IMG/VR virus record: IMGVR_UViG_3300044676_005553
Span: 1 to 33,598 of that record
Direction: 5' to 3' (one strand)
Source of the DNA: a virus
Taxonomy: Duplodnaviria > Caudoviricetes
Length of the DNA stretch: 33,598 nt
The notes under the pieces are model-generated. The model was not told the origin of the DNA and did no database searches. It was given only the letters and a program-made list of their open reading frames with translations. The translations under genes were made by a program, and so were the position numbers. Every line of letters starts with the position of its first letter. Within the stretch, counting starts at the first letter, position 1. This document shows, piece after piece, positions 9,359-19,126 of this stretch.

Positions 9359-11371
9359 ATGTCGTCAAAATCAGGGGCAATCAGAGCTGGCAGGGCCTAT
9401 GTCGAGGCCTTTATGGACAGCACTCAGCTCGATAAATCTCTGGGCAAGATGAAAGACAAGCTCAAGGCATTCTCACGCAACCTGGGTGCCATCGGTGGGA
9501 CTCTGGCAGCAGCTGGGGCTGCCATCCTGCTGCCACTGGCGGGAGCAATCAAGAGCTACTCAGCAGCCGGTGATCAGCTCGACAAAATGAACAAGAGAAC
9601 GGGGTTTGCGGTTGAGACACTCTCGGCTCTCGATTTTGCAGCCAGTCAGAGCGGGGCCAGCCTCGAGCAGTTTGATAAGGCCCTGGCATCGATGGCTCGA
9701 TTCTCTTTGATGGCATCCAGGGGCCTGGCCACAGCCACTGATGTGCTGGATGAGCTCGGGCTCTCAGTTGAGGATGTGACAGCTGGCTCAGCTGAGCAGA
9801 AGTTTCTCAAGCTGGCAGAAAAGATATCAGAGATCGAGGATCCAACTCTCAAGGCAGGCATGGCTCTGCAGGTATTTGGCAGGCAGGGGCGTGAGTTGCT
9901 GCCGATGCTGGCAGGTGGTGGCCAGGGGATCGAGGCCCTGATGGCTAGAGCAAGAGAGCTCGGCATTGTGATGAGTGGTGAGGATGCTCAGGCAGCTGCC
10001 GAGATGACTGATGCTCTGGATGAGCTCATGAGGTCGGTCAAGTTTCTCACAGTGACAGTGGCTCGAGAGTTATTGCCAGAGGCTCTCAACTTCTCAAAAT
10101 TCATGACTGAGACGATCCCACAGATCAGGGAGTGGCTGAGCGAAAATGGAGACATGATCAGAACTCTGGCCAAGCTGGGGGCGATGCTGGCAGCCACAGG
10201 CGTGGGGATGATTGCACTGGCCACAGTGATCAGCTCGATGTCAACGATTGTGGGTGCATCTCAGGCTGCTCTCAAGATGATGGGGGGAACTCTGGCAGGA
10301 GTCGGGAAAACAGCCGGCACAGCGTTTGCCATTGTGGCCATCGTGGCTTTTGCGCGGGAGATCTACAAAGCAAATGCAGCGGTCCAGGATCTCAACAGCT
10401 CACTGGAAAAAAGCAGAGAGCTAGATGGTGAGCTATCTGGCAGGCAATCCAAAAAACAGCAGGCCACTCTCGATCAGGCAAACTCTCTGAGCGGTGACGA
10501 AAAAGAGGCATTCATCAGCTCTGAGCTCGAGATGGCAGAAAAGAATCTGGCAGGCATGCAGGCCTCTCTGGCTGGTCAGAAAAAGCTGCTCAATGATCTC
10601 TCACCAACCTGGCGAAGTTTGTGGCAGTCAGGTCGGGCTGAGTTCAATGTGGAAAAGCAGGAGCTGGACGGGATCAATGAGAGGCTCAAGAGTCAGAAAA
10701 AGTTTGTTGACGATCTGAGGCAGGCTCGAGCAGCTGAGGCAGCTGAGCTCGATGCCAATGCAGGCAGAACAGATGAGGAGATGAGCGGCATTGAGGGGAT
10801 CCTCAAAGGGCTCAATGAAGAGCTCGAGACGATGGGGCTTGATTCAGGTCAGAAAGCCCTGAGAACACTCGAGCAGCTCAATGCCAATGAGACAGAGCTG
10901 GCACAGGCCAGGGGCAAGCTGGCAGACATTGAGAAAAAGACTCAAGAGGCTGCCAAGCAAAAAGAGGCAGAGTCAAATGCTCAGAAAGTGGCAGACACTC
11001 TTGAGAGTCTCTGGCAAGAGCTGGCAGACATGGATCTCTCACCAATTGAGCAAGCGGTGGCAGAACAGATGAGAGAGCTCGAGGCCCTGGGTGCCACTCC
11101 ACAGCAGTTGGCTCTGGCTGAGGAGCTACTGAGGCAGAAAGAGCAAGAGGCCACCAGTGTTGAGAAGCCAGGCTATCAAGAGTCGGCAGCTCTCGAGGTG
11201 GGCTCAGCTGCAGCGATCAGCGCGTTTATGAGAGCCACTCAGGGTGGTGGCACACCAGATGAGAAAGTGGCCACCAACACAGCCGAGATTGCAAAGCTGC
11301 AGGCAGAGCTGCTGAGAGTCACAAAGAGAGCAGCATCTGACTCAGAAATTGTGATCGGGAGGCCAGCATAA
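9359..11371 (+). CDS. Tail tape measure protein
   Basis: 670 aa, Ala/Leu-rich helical, hydrophobic stretches, FGRQGRELLPML motif; follows the chaperones. Confidence 0.9.
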   Translation: MSSKSGAIRAGRAYVEAFMDSTQLDKSLGKMKDKLKAFSRNLGAIGGTLAAAGAAILLPLAGAIKSYSAAGDQLDKMNKRTGFAVETLSALDFAASQSGASLEQFDKALASMARFSLMASRGLATATDVLDELGLSVEDVTAGSAEQKFLKLAEKISEIEDPTLKAGMALQVFGRQGRELLPMLAGGGQGIEALMARARELGIVMSGEDAQAAAEMTDALDELMRSVKFLTVTVARELLPEALNFSKFMTETIPQIREWLSENGDMIRTLAKLGAMLAATGVGMIALATVISSMSTIVGASQAALKMMGGTLAGVGKTAGTAFAIVAIVAFAREIYKANAAVQDLNSSLEKSRELDGELSGRQSKKQQATLDQANSLSGDEKEAFISSELEMAEKNLAGMQASLAGQKKLLNDLSPTWRSLWQSGRAEFNVEKQELDGINERLKSQKKFVDDLRQARAAEAAELDANAGRTDEEMSGIEGILKGLNEELETMGLDSGQKALRTLEQLNANETELAQARGKLADIEKKTQEAAKQKEAESNAQKVADTLESLWQELADMDLSPIEQAVAEQMRELEALGATPQQLALAEELLRQKEQEATSVEKPGYQESAALEVGSAAAISAFMRATQGGGTPDEKVATNTAEIAKLQAELLRVTKRAASDSEIVIGRPA

Positions 11372-12303
11372 TGGGAGTGATCAGGGTGATCAGGGTGGTG
11401 GGCTCATCGGTCTCTGTTGATCGGCAGACTGCTCACGAATTCGAGGAAAATTATAAGGTAGCAGTTGAGCCAGGCACCACACCTCTCGAGGTGCTCAGGC
11501 ATCAGTCAGTGCCAAAGCCATACAGCCGGCATCCAGACTTCCCAATTGCCCTGGCTGATCGAGTATTTATCGAGCAGGAGAATGCCAGGCTATACAGAGT
11601 TGATGTGCCGTACAGCTCAAAGCTCGAGCCAGGCCAGGAGCCAGATCAGCCAGAGAATCCTCTGGCCAGGCGTGTCAGGATATCAGTCAAGTCAACCACA
11701 GTGAGAGAGTTGATTCAGACAGACTGGAAGGGCAGACCACTGATCAACACAGCCGGTGATCTGTTACAGGGGATCGAGGAGGATGAGACACTCTGGCAGA
11801 TATCAGCTCAGCGTAATGTGTCGCCATTCATACCATCATGGTTTGGCCAGTACGGTGGTGCCATCAACAAAGACTCAGTGAGAGTCAGGGGCCAGCTGAT
11901 CAAAAAATATCAGCTCAAAATCACTGACATCGATATTCCAGATACAGAGAGAGAGAATGGTGTGGAGTTCATACCACTGAGCCTCTCAGCAGTGTATCGA
12001 GAGAAAGGGTGGCGGCGCAAGTTTCTCAACTTCGGCCTGAGAGAGAGAAAACAGATCTGGAATGAAGAGACAGAAGTTTTTGACGATATCGGGCCAGGTC
12101 CGATTGTGATCGATGGCATGCCAGTCAGTGAGCCAGTGCCACTCGACAAAGATGGCAGGGCGTATAGAGATTACCATGTGACAGATACTGATGTGATCGA
12201 GTACATCAAGACAGATGTGACACAGAGTGAGATCGAGGCCAACCTGCTCGAGTATGAGACAAAGCCTCTGCTCTCGTTTCGCAGACTTAATCTTTTTCAA
12301 TAA
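11371..12303 (+). CDS. Tail tip / distal tail-region protein
   Basis: 310 aa directly after the tape measure (TAATG coupling). Confidence 0.5.
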   Translation: MGVIRVIRVVGSSVSVDRQTAHEFEENYKVAVEPGTTPLEVLRHQSVPKPYSRHPDFPIALADRVFIEQENARLYRVDVPYSSKLEPGQEPDQPENPLARRVRISVKSTTVRELIQTDWKGRPLINTAGDLLQGIEEDETLWQISAQRNVSPFIPSWFGQYGGAINKDSVRVRGQLIKKYQLKITDIDIPDTERENGVEFIPLSLSAVYREKGWRRKFLNFGLRERKQIWNEETEVFDDIGPGPIVIDGMPVSEPVPLDKDGRAYRDYHVTDTDVIEYIKTDVTQSEIEANLLEYETKPLLSFRRLNLFQ

Positions 12304-12312
12304 GGTGATAAA

Positions 12313-15075
12313 ATGGTCAGAGCCATTTTGCGTGGGGATGCCCCAACAAAGCCGAAAACAGTTGTGGCTCAATTCAACTACTTTGAGTCAGGTGATCTGG
12401 TCAGAGCAGTGATCGGGCTCAAAAAAATAGAGTACAGAGCCAGCAGCAATGAGGATGCAGCCTCTGGCTTGGCCACTCTGATCAATGCCAGCAGGCTGCC
12501 AGAGTTCCAGGAACTCACAGCCAGCAGTGAGGGCAATCAGCTCACTCTGCAGGCACTCACAGCCGGCAAGCCGTTTTTTATCACATTCGAGACTCAGGAG
12601 TCTGATAGCGTTTTGGTGAGTGTTGCTGAGACCACACCTGGTGTTGAGCCAACCAATGAGGTGCAGAGGCATCTGGTGAGCGGTACTGTGACAGGTGGGA
12701 CTCTCACATACTCAAATGATTTCGGCTCAGGCACAGAGACAACTGCAGCCATTGCCTATGATGCCACAGCCAGTGAGATCAAAGCGGCGATTGTGGCAGG
12801 CTGTGCATCAGTCACATCTGCAGATCTCTCAGTGACTGGCAATGCTCTCGATTTTTATATCACATGGCAAGGCACCTATGAGGCCTCAGAGGTGGCAGAG
12901 GGCTCTCTCAATGTGGGATCACTGACAGGCTCTGGCTCGGCAGTGTTGACGAAAACTGTTGACGGGCGTGGCCTCTCTGATGAGGTGGTGGTGATTGCCA
13001 TTACTGGCAATGGGTCAGGGGTGTGGGACTATGAGATCTCATTCGGTGGTCAGGCCACAGCCACTCTCGATCAAGACGATGGGGCTGCTGAGATCAAGAC
13101 AGCATTTGAGGCGCTCTCATCGGTGGGCAGTGGCAATGCTGATGTGTATTCATGCCAGAGACCAGGTGGCAACAAAGACAGAATGATTGTTATCAGGTTC
13201 AAGGGCTCACTAGGTGGCACCAATGTGGGCGCGGTCACTCTGACATCATCAACTCTGAGCATATGGCGGGTGGGAGTTGTGCAGGCAGGTGGTGCAGCCA
13301 CCACTGATGAGGTGCAGTTTGTCAACCTGGACAGTGAGCAGGTAACATCAGGAGACACATACACTCTCTCTCTGGATGGCGACGAGACGACAGCTCTGGC
13401 GATGACAGCGACACCAGCAACTCTCGAGGCAGCTCTCGAGGCTCTCGATGGTGTGTCTGAGGTGCAGGTCAATGCAGGAAATGCTCTGCTAAAAAATACA
13501 AATGGTTTCGTGGTCAGATTCAAAGGGACTCAGGCAGACACAGATGTCAGTCTGATGGTGCTCGACACATCAGGCCTGGACTCACCAGGCTCACCAACAG
13601 TCTCAGAGGTGCTCAAGGGTGAGGCCTCAGTCAATGAGCAGTGGGAATTGGTGATCAATGGCCTGGGTGGCACATTTTCAATGGGTGATGGCACAGACAC
13701 CTCACCTGGTCTGGCATACAACATCTCAGCAGCAACTCTCGAGACAGAGATCGAGACTGATCTGGGTGAATATCCAGGCGTGAGCGTGACAGGCACAGGC
13801 ACTGCTGGTGATCCGTTTGTGATCGAGGTGACATCGCCAGCAGCCACTGATGTGGGGCTGCTCACAGCCGATGGTGCAGGCCTGACAGGGGCCAGCGGCG
13901 CAGTGACGGAAGAGACAGCACATGATGCAGGCACCTCAGAGGTGCAGACAATAACTATCGGCGTGGGTGTGACTGGTGGCACATGGACTGCCACAGCGCT
14001 GGGGCAACTGCTCGGGCCATTCGATCATGATGAGCTCTCAGCAATAGTGCAGACAGCTCTGGTCAGCGCGTATGGCTCGGGCAATGTGTCAGTCAGCGGG
14101 GCTGCTGGTGGGCCTTATGTAGTGACATTTGCTGGAGACTATGCATCAACGCCAATGGCTCCAATTGAGCTGGATGGCACAGCATTGATTGCAGGCTCTG
14201 GCTCTGAGCAGGTTACAGTGATTCAGACACAGAAGTCACAGGGGCCTCAGCATGCAGATGATCCAGCCAACTGGACAACAGGCATTGTGCCAGAGACAGG
14301 CGATGATCTCATGATTGAGGATGGCACAGAGGATCTGCTCTATGGCCTCAACTGGCTCAGTGAGTTTACAGCAACAGCAGCCACAGATGTGCTCTCGATC
14401 TCACAGTGCGATTTTGCAGACGAGCAGAAAGTCAGACTCACCACAACAGGAACTCTGCCGGCAGGCCTGGCAGTCTCAACTGACTATTATGTGATTCTGA
14501 TCAGTGACACATCAATCAAGCTGTCAGCCACTCGTGGTGGTGATCCAGTGGACATCACAGACTCAGGCTCTGGCGTTCACACAATTGCGGTCGAGCTGGC
14601 ATCATACACTCGACGATCAGACTACACAGGCAAGATCGGACTCTCAAAACGCAATACAGACGGGACCACATACTACGAATATCGCAACCGTAAATTTAGT
14701 TTTGGCATCCAGGCATCTGGTGATAAAAAAGTTATCAGCGGGACTGGTGAGGGCTCAGGAGGGCCTCGAGAATACTTGCACACAGGTGCCTATGAGATAG
14801 ATGCTGCCATCTATAAGAGCGGGGGCAGTGATGAGCCAGGGGTGCCGGCGTTTCAGCACACAGGCGAGAACTCTCAGAGCCTGGTCACAGTCTACGATGC
14901 TGAGTGCGGGTTTGCGTTCAATGCTGGCGAGGTGGCAGAGTATCGCAAGATCATGCAGCATGGTGGCCTGGTCAACCTGGGTGCCGGCTCAGTCAATGCT
15001 GACCTATTCAAAACTGATGGTGATCTCATCGCCAATGATGCCAATTTCTCAGGCGTGATCACAATTCTGGGATAA
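12313..15075 (+). CDS. Large repeat-containing tail/adhesin protein
   Basis: 920 aa, Gly/Ser/Thr-rich and acidic; five ~105-aa modules beginning (N/D/S)EVQ-like, plus a TTTGTLPAGL..TDYYV beta module. Confidence 0.65.
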   Translation: MVRAILRGDAPTKPKTVVAQFNYFESGDLVRAVIGLKKIEYRASSNEDAASGLATLINASRLPEFQELTASSEGNQLTLQALTAGKPFFITFETQESDSVLVSVAETTPGVEPTNEVQRHLVSGTVTGGTLTYSNDFGSGTETTAAIAYDATASEIKAAIVAGCASVTSADLSVTGNALDFYITWQGTYEASEVAEGSLNVGSLTGSGSAVLTKTVDGRGLSDEVVVIAITGNGSGVWDYEISFGGQATATLDQDDGAAEIKTAFEALSSVGSGNADVYSCQRPGGNKDRMIVIRFKGSLGGTNVGAVTLTSSTLSIWRVGVVQAGGAATTDEVQFVNLDSEQVTSGDTYTLSLDGDETTALAMTATPATLEAALEALDGVSEVQVNAGNALLKNTNGFVVRFKGTQADTDVSLMVLDTSGLDSPGSPTVSEVLKGEASVNEQWELVINGLGGTFSMGDGTDTSPGLAYNISAATLETEIETDLGEYPGVSVTGTGTAGDPFVIEVTSPAATDVGLLTADGAGLTGASGAVTEETAHDAGTSEVQTITIGVGVTGGTWTATALGQLLGPFDHDELSAIVQTALVSAYGSGNVSVSGAAGGPYVVTFAGDYASTPMAPIELDGTALIAGSGSEQVTVIQTQKSQGPQHADDPANWTTGIVPETGDDLMIEDGTEDLLYGLNWLSEFTATAATDVLSISQCDFADEQKVRLTTTGTLPAGLAVSTDYYVILISDTSIKLSATRGGDPVDITDSGSGVHTIAVELASYTRRSDYTGKIGLSKRNTDGTTYYEYRNRKFSFGIQASGDKKVISGTGEGSGGPREYLHTGAYEIDAAIYKSGGSDEPGVPAFQHTGENSQSLVTVYDAECGFAFNAGEVAEYRKIMQHGGLVNLGAGSVNADLFKTDGDLIANDANFSGVITILG

Positions 15076-15076
15076 T

Positions 15077-15808
15077 ATGAAACCGGCAAGAATCACTCAG
15101 GAGTTTGGAAAGCAGCTGCAAGATCTGGTCAGAGATGGTCAGACACAGCCGGCTCATCGACCAAAGACACAGAGCAGCTCAATGGGGGTGCCAGGTTATA
15201 TGGTGCCAGTCATGCTGCTCGATGATGTGGCCTCTGGCGAATCCTGCAGAGCTGCCAAGCTGATCAGAGTGGATGCCTGGTCTAGCTATCTAATAACAGC
15301 GTTTGGGCTCAAAGACTCATCAGGAGAATTCGAGCTCACATGGAATGAGGAAACTGTGAGCGGGATCTCGATCTATGCCACACCTGCCGAGATGCAGGCC
15401 AAGCTGCTCGAGTTCTCGTTTATCAATCCTGCAGATGTGCGGGTGCAGTTCGGCAACCACAGCAGGGCCATCAACAGCCAGGGAGATCTGCAGGAGTTCC
15501 AGCCATTCCGATGGATCATCAAGGTAAAGCCAGAGCATATTGCATATGGGGCATTCGAGGCAGAAATCACAACAGGCCCACAGACCTGGATGGGAGTCGA
15601 GCCGACACAACTGCAGGACTCTCACCAGGACATCGATGTCCGGTCACTCATTCCGGTGGGCGTTGATGTGAATGGCAGCACACCAATGCAGGCGGGTGCC
15701 ATCGGACTGGCATCAGTCGTGCCTGGTTTCGGGTGGGTGCTCAATGCGATTGAGGCTCGCAACTTGACGGGCGATTTCTTTGAGGTTGAGGATGAGGTGG
15801 AATACTAA
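15077..15808 (+). CDS. Minor tail protein carrying one copy of the same module
   Basis: GEFELTWNEETVSGISIYATPAEMQAKL resembles the modules of the upstream 920-aa protein. Confidence 0.5.
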   Translation: MKPARITQEFGKQLQDLVRDGQTQPAHRPKTQSSSMGVPGYMVPVMLLDDVASGESCRAAKLIRVDAWSSYLITAFGLKDSSGEFELTWNEETVSGISIYATPAEMQAKLLEFSFINPADVRVQFGNHSRAINSQGDLQEFQPFRWIIKVKPEHIAYGAFEAEITTGPQTWMGVEPTQLQDSHQDIDVRSLIPVGVDVNGSTPMQAGAIGLASVVPGFGWVLNAIEARNLTGDFFEVEDEVEY

Positions 15809-16605
15809 TGAGCAAGACACCTCAGCGGGTCAATAATGGTGGCCTCTGGCTCATGAACCCACAGGCACCACAATCGATCACCACAAACATCACAGGGCTC
15901 TCAGATCTGACAGCCAGAACAAACACCGAGCTCTCTCTGACTAATCACAGGGCTGGCTGGGCGAGTGTGATCCCACCAGGCTGGCTGATCGATGTGCCAG
16001 GGACTGCCAAGATATTGACGGGTGCAGAGCCAGAGGTCACAGCAGCTGGCACTGAGTTTGAGGGTGAGCACATTCTCAGGATGCAGCCAGTATTTGCGTC
16101 AGAAAATGTCCCTGGGTCTGTGGGTCATCCGAGATATCTCACAGGAACTCAGCTCGGCACTGTGGTTGAGTCAGGGCCAGTGGCTCATGTGGCGTGGTAT
16201 GACTCGATCAAGTACGCAGAGAGGGTGCAGGATTCAAACACTGAGTTGAGCACAATCCGTAACTACTACTGGTCTCTGTATTATGGTGACTATCCACTCA
16301 ACATCGGGCCATCGGTGGCGACGTATCCAGGCTGGTGGCTGGTGGCGTTCTTCAACCCAGGCACTGAGCCGTTTGACGGGAACGTGGGCAGGTGGGAATT
16401 CTGGTCAGAATGGGCATTCTCTCATCCATTAGAAGACGCCGGACTAACACCAGCAGCGTCAGGGCCGGGTGTTGCTGATCACGCAAACCAGAGATCTGAG
16501 TCAGCACAGGTCAGGTTCAACCCTCTGGGCGCAAACGTATTTCGGAGAGTCGGCACAAATGGGATATTGCAAGAATCAATCACAGCGAGGCCATTCTACG
16601 GATGA
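15808..16605 (+). CDS. Hypothetical tail-associated protein (possible receptor binding)
   Basis: 265 aa, aromatic-rich C-terminus, last gene of the tail module. Confidence 0.4.
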   Translation: MSKTPQRVNNGGLWLMNPQAPQSITTNITGLSDLTARTNTELSLTNHRAGWASVIPPGWLIDVPGTAKILTGAEPEVTAAGTEFEGEHILRMQPVFASENVPGSVGHPRYLTGTQLGTVVESGPVAHVAWYDSIKYAERVQDSNTELSTIRNYYWSLYYGDYPLNIGPSVATYPGWWLVAFFNPGTEPFDGNVGRWEFWSEWAFSHPLEDAGLTPAASGPGVADHANQRSESAQVRFNPLGANVFRRVGTNGILQESITARPFYG

Positions 16606-17726
16606 CAAACACACAGCAGCATCTCGATCTCTGCCAAGCCTGCCCTGCCCTCTCTGTGGATCGATGTAAGAGAACAAACAGGCAAGTCAGGGCAATGGCC
16701 AGGGATGGCAGCCAGGGGCCTGCTGGGTGCCTATGGCCAGGATCAAAACAGGCACCAACTCTGCAGAAAAAGCGCTTGTGTCAGTTTGGCGCAAGCGATC
16801 AGCGACCAGAGAAGAGGGAAATAAAAGATATCAGGATTGCGGCGTGTTTTTACAACCCTCAGAGATATACCAGAATCAGGCATAATCATGACCAGTGGAT
16901 AGATGGGATGAGGAGATCTGGCATCGATCCATACGTCATTGAGCTGGCATTTGATCAGGATCCGTACCAGCTACCAAAGGGGCCAAGAAACTATCAGGTC
17001 AGGGGGTCCAGGTCCGATCATCTGTTATGGCAAAAAGAGAGGCTGCTCAACATTCTGATTGATCACATCCCTGACTGTGATGCCATCGGGTGGTTTGATT
17101 GTGATCTCTTATTCATGAGCCCTAATTGGGTGGAAGGAATCAGAGAGACACTATCAACTCACACTATATGCCAGCCATTTGCTGACAGTTATTTCGTTGA
17201 GGCAGACGGCTCACTCACATGCCTCAAGAGGTCAATGGGCTGGCATGCAAAACACGATCAGGCAAACTATCTCAATTTCGGCAAGTCTCATCCAGGGTTT
17301 GCGTGGGTGGCTCGAGCTGACTGGCTGAGAAAGAATAAGCTGCTCGATGATTGCATCACAGGGGGTGGTGATTCTCTCATGATCAAGGCGACCACAGAGA
17401 CTCAATTATTCATTGAGAGATGGCTCAATGCTGACTGGAAAAAATCGGCAGAGAAATGGGCTGAGCAGTGCAGAGTTGACGGTGGTGTCTCAATCGGATA
17501 TGTGCCAGGCGCAGTGGCTCATCTCTATCATGGGAAGCGATCAAATAGAAAATACAGGGAGAGGTGGAGCTACCTCACAGACAGCGATTTCAATCCAGGC
17601 ACAGACATTGAGACGGATCCAGCCAACGGGCTGATCAGGTGGACTGAGACAGCACTGAGGGAAAAACCAGAGATGGTCTCTCTCGTGAGGGGATATTTTG
17701 CGGAGAGGAAAGAGGATGAAAAATAA
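16602..17726 (+). CDS. Glycosyltransferase-like protein (GT-A) with N-terminal Cys-rich domain
   Basis: WQKERLLN, IGWFDCDLLF (DxD), GGGD and HLYHG motifs; N-terminal CQAC...C...CLW. Confidence 0.6.
   Translation: MTNTQQHLDLCQACPALSVDRCKRTNRQVRAMARDGSQGPAGCLWPGSKQAPTLQKKRLCQFGASDQRPEKREIKDIRIAACFYNPQRYTRIRHNHDQWIDGMRRSGIDPYVIELAFDQDPYQLPKGPRNYQVRGSRSDHLLWQKERLLNILIDHIPDCDAIGWFDCDLLFMSPNWVEGIRETLSTHTICQPFADSYFVEADGSLTCLKRSMGWHAKHDQANYLNFGKSHPGFAWVARADWLRKNKLLDDCITGGGDSLMIKATTETQLFIERWLNADWKKSAEKWAEQCRVDGGVSIGYVPGAVAHLYHGKRSNRKYRERWSYLTDSDFNPGTDIETDPANGLIRWTETALREKPEMVSLVRGYFAERKEDEK
16745..16800 (+). repeat. Dispersed 56-bp element, copy 2
   Basis: AAAACAGGCACCAACTCTGCAGAAAAAGCGCTTGTGTCAGTTTGGCGCAAGCGATC; read in a different frame from copies 1 and 3. 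Confidence 0.95.
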
Positions 17727-18277
17727 TGACGTACACATTTTCTCAAGACTGGGTTTCAGCCAGGTCCAGTGAGTGGGCTGGGCATTTTTCTGAGCTCAAG
17801 GGGCAGCCAGGGGTCAGGATGCTCGAGATAGGATCATATGAGGGCCGGTCAGCGGTCTGGTGGCTCGAGAATATCCTGACACATGACTCAGCCAGCCTGG
17901 TCTGTATTGACACCTGGGCCAAAGCCTCAGAGCGTGAGAGGGTATTTGATCAGAACATCGTCAACACAGGCCAGAGCCACAAGGTGAAAAAAATCAAGGC
18001 ACTCAGCAGGAAAGCTCTGGGGTGGATTCCTGACAGGTCTCTTGATGCCATCTATATCGATGGCTCACATGAGGCCAGAGATGTGCTGCTCGATGCTCTG
18101 ATGGCCTTACCATTAGTCAAGCCAGGGGGGGTCATGCTGTTTGATGATTATTTGTGGCCTAGAGGGAACTCAAAACAACACGGACCACAAGAGGGTATTG
18201 ACTCGTTTTTGTCGATTTGTGACTGGCAGATCGAGATCATCCATTCTGGTTATCAGGTGGCAGTCAGGGTGAAGTGA
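17726..18277 (+). CDS. Class I SAM-dependent methyltransferase (Methyltransf_24-like)
   Basis: LEIGSYEGRSA, DAIYIDGSH, LVKPGGVMLFDDY motifs. Confidence 0.88.
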   Translation: MTYTFSQDWVSARSSEWAGHFSELKGQPGVRMLEIGSYEGRSAVWWLENILTHDSASLVCIDTWAKASERERVFDQNIVNTGQSHKVKKIKALSRKALGWIPDRSLDAIYIDGSHEARDVLLDALMALPLVKPGGVMLFDDYLWPRGNSKQHGPQEGIDSFLSICDWQIEIIHSGYQVAVRVK

Positions 18278-18284
18278 TGCAGCA

Positions 18285-18455
18285 TTAAAAAATCAGCCAG
18301 AGCACTGCCACCACTGTCAAGAGTATTGGCACACCAAAGACGACAAGAGCGACAACAGAGCCAACATCAGCGGCATTGAGCTCAGGGCAGCCACAGCGAG
18401 GGCATGCGCTGGCCTGCCCTGAGATATCAGCCTGGCATTCTTTGCAGTTTCTCAT
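18285..18455 (-). CDS. 56-aa zinc-ribbon + transmembrane protein (absent from the ORF track)
   Basis: Hand translation: MRNCKECQADISGQASACPRCGCPELNAADVGSVVALVVFGVPILLTVVAVLWLIF*. Confidence 0.75.
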   Translation of the reverse strand: MRNCKECQADISGQASACPRCGCPELNAADVGSVVALVVFGVPILLTVVAVLWLIF

Positions 18456-18489
18456 CAGAAAGCCCTGCCTATTCTTTTGGTGAATTTCG

Positions 18490-18518
18490 TTGACAATATA
18501 ACCATGTGTTGATATAAC
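18490..18518 (+). promoter_or_regulatory. Sigma70-type promoter
   Basis: TTGACA (18490-18495), 17-bp spacer, TATAAC (18513-18518) in an AT-rich intergenic region. Confidence 0.6.
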
Positions 18519-18548
18519 AAAAGCCCTCTGGCAATAAGACCAGAGGGC
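18519..18548 (-). terminator. Intrinsic terminator-like hairpin (leftward)
   Basis: Perfect 9-bp stem GCCCTCTGG/CCAGAGGGC, followed on the minus strand by TTTTGTT. Confidence 0.5.
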
Positions 18549-18722
18549 CGGTGGTTTCAGAAATGCGATTCTGAGCCACCTGGGCAGCCGAGACGAAACA
18601 ACCGTCAGGGATGACCTGCTATATATGATATCGTATTACATTACAAATAAACACATCTCTGGCCTCAAATTATCTCGAGGCCCACCAGTTCCGATCAGCA
18701 GCCATTACTGCTGAATGCGCAC

Positions 18723-18753
18723 AAAAAGCCTGCCAGGTAGCAGCCTGACAGGC
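18723..18753 (-). terminator. Intrinsic terminator (leftward)
   Basis: Minus strand reads GCCTGTCAGG-ctgcta-CCTGGCAGGC-TTTTT; the single mismatch is a G-U pair only on this strand. Confidence 0.55.
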
Positions 18754-18775
18754 CTGATGTGTATTCAGTCTCAAG

Positions 18776-19126
18776 ATGCTCTGGTCGGAGTCACTCAAGA
18801 TGTCTACACATCATAAAGATTGTATGCGCGGAGTCAAGACAGATGTGGACTCTGATGTCACAGCTACAATGATGAAAATGGCAATTGAGAGGGGTTTTAC
18901 AGCCATTCCCTCTCTCTGTGGTGATCACTATTTTCCTCTGGATTTCATAATCTCTGAGCTGCTGGGCAAAGAGGTGGGGAGATCCTTTGACAAAGAGCTC
19001 ACAAACTGGCGCAGGTCTGGCCTGCCAATGCCAGAGCCACATGCAGGGGCAAAGGGCAGATATTATCAACTGTTTGATTTTCTCGAAAAGTATCATGAAT
19101 TCAAAATACAAGAGAAAGGGAAATAA
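18776..19126 (+). CDS. Hypothetical protein, possible excisionase/winged-HTH DNA-binding protein
   Basis: NWRRSGLPMP...GRYYQL resembles Xis/AlpA-type wings; overlaps the integrase start. True start uncertain. Confidence 0.4.
   Translation: MLWSESLKMSTHHKDCMRGVKTDVDSDVTATMMKMAIERGFTAIPSLCGDHYFPLDFIISELLGKEVGRSFDKELTNWRRSGLPMPEPHAGAKGRYYQLFDFLEKYHEFKIQEKGK

Noticed and set aside
15808-16605. Diversity-generating retroelement target
   Set aside because: No reverse transcriptase and no template/variable repeat pair found.
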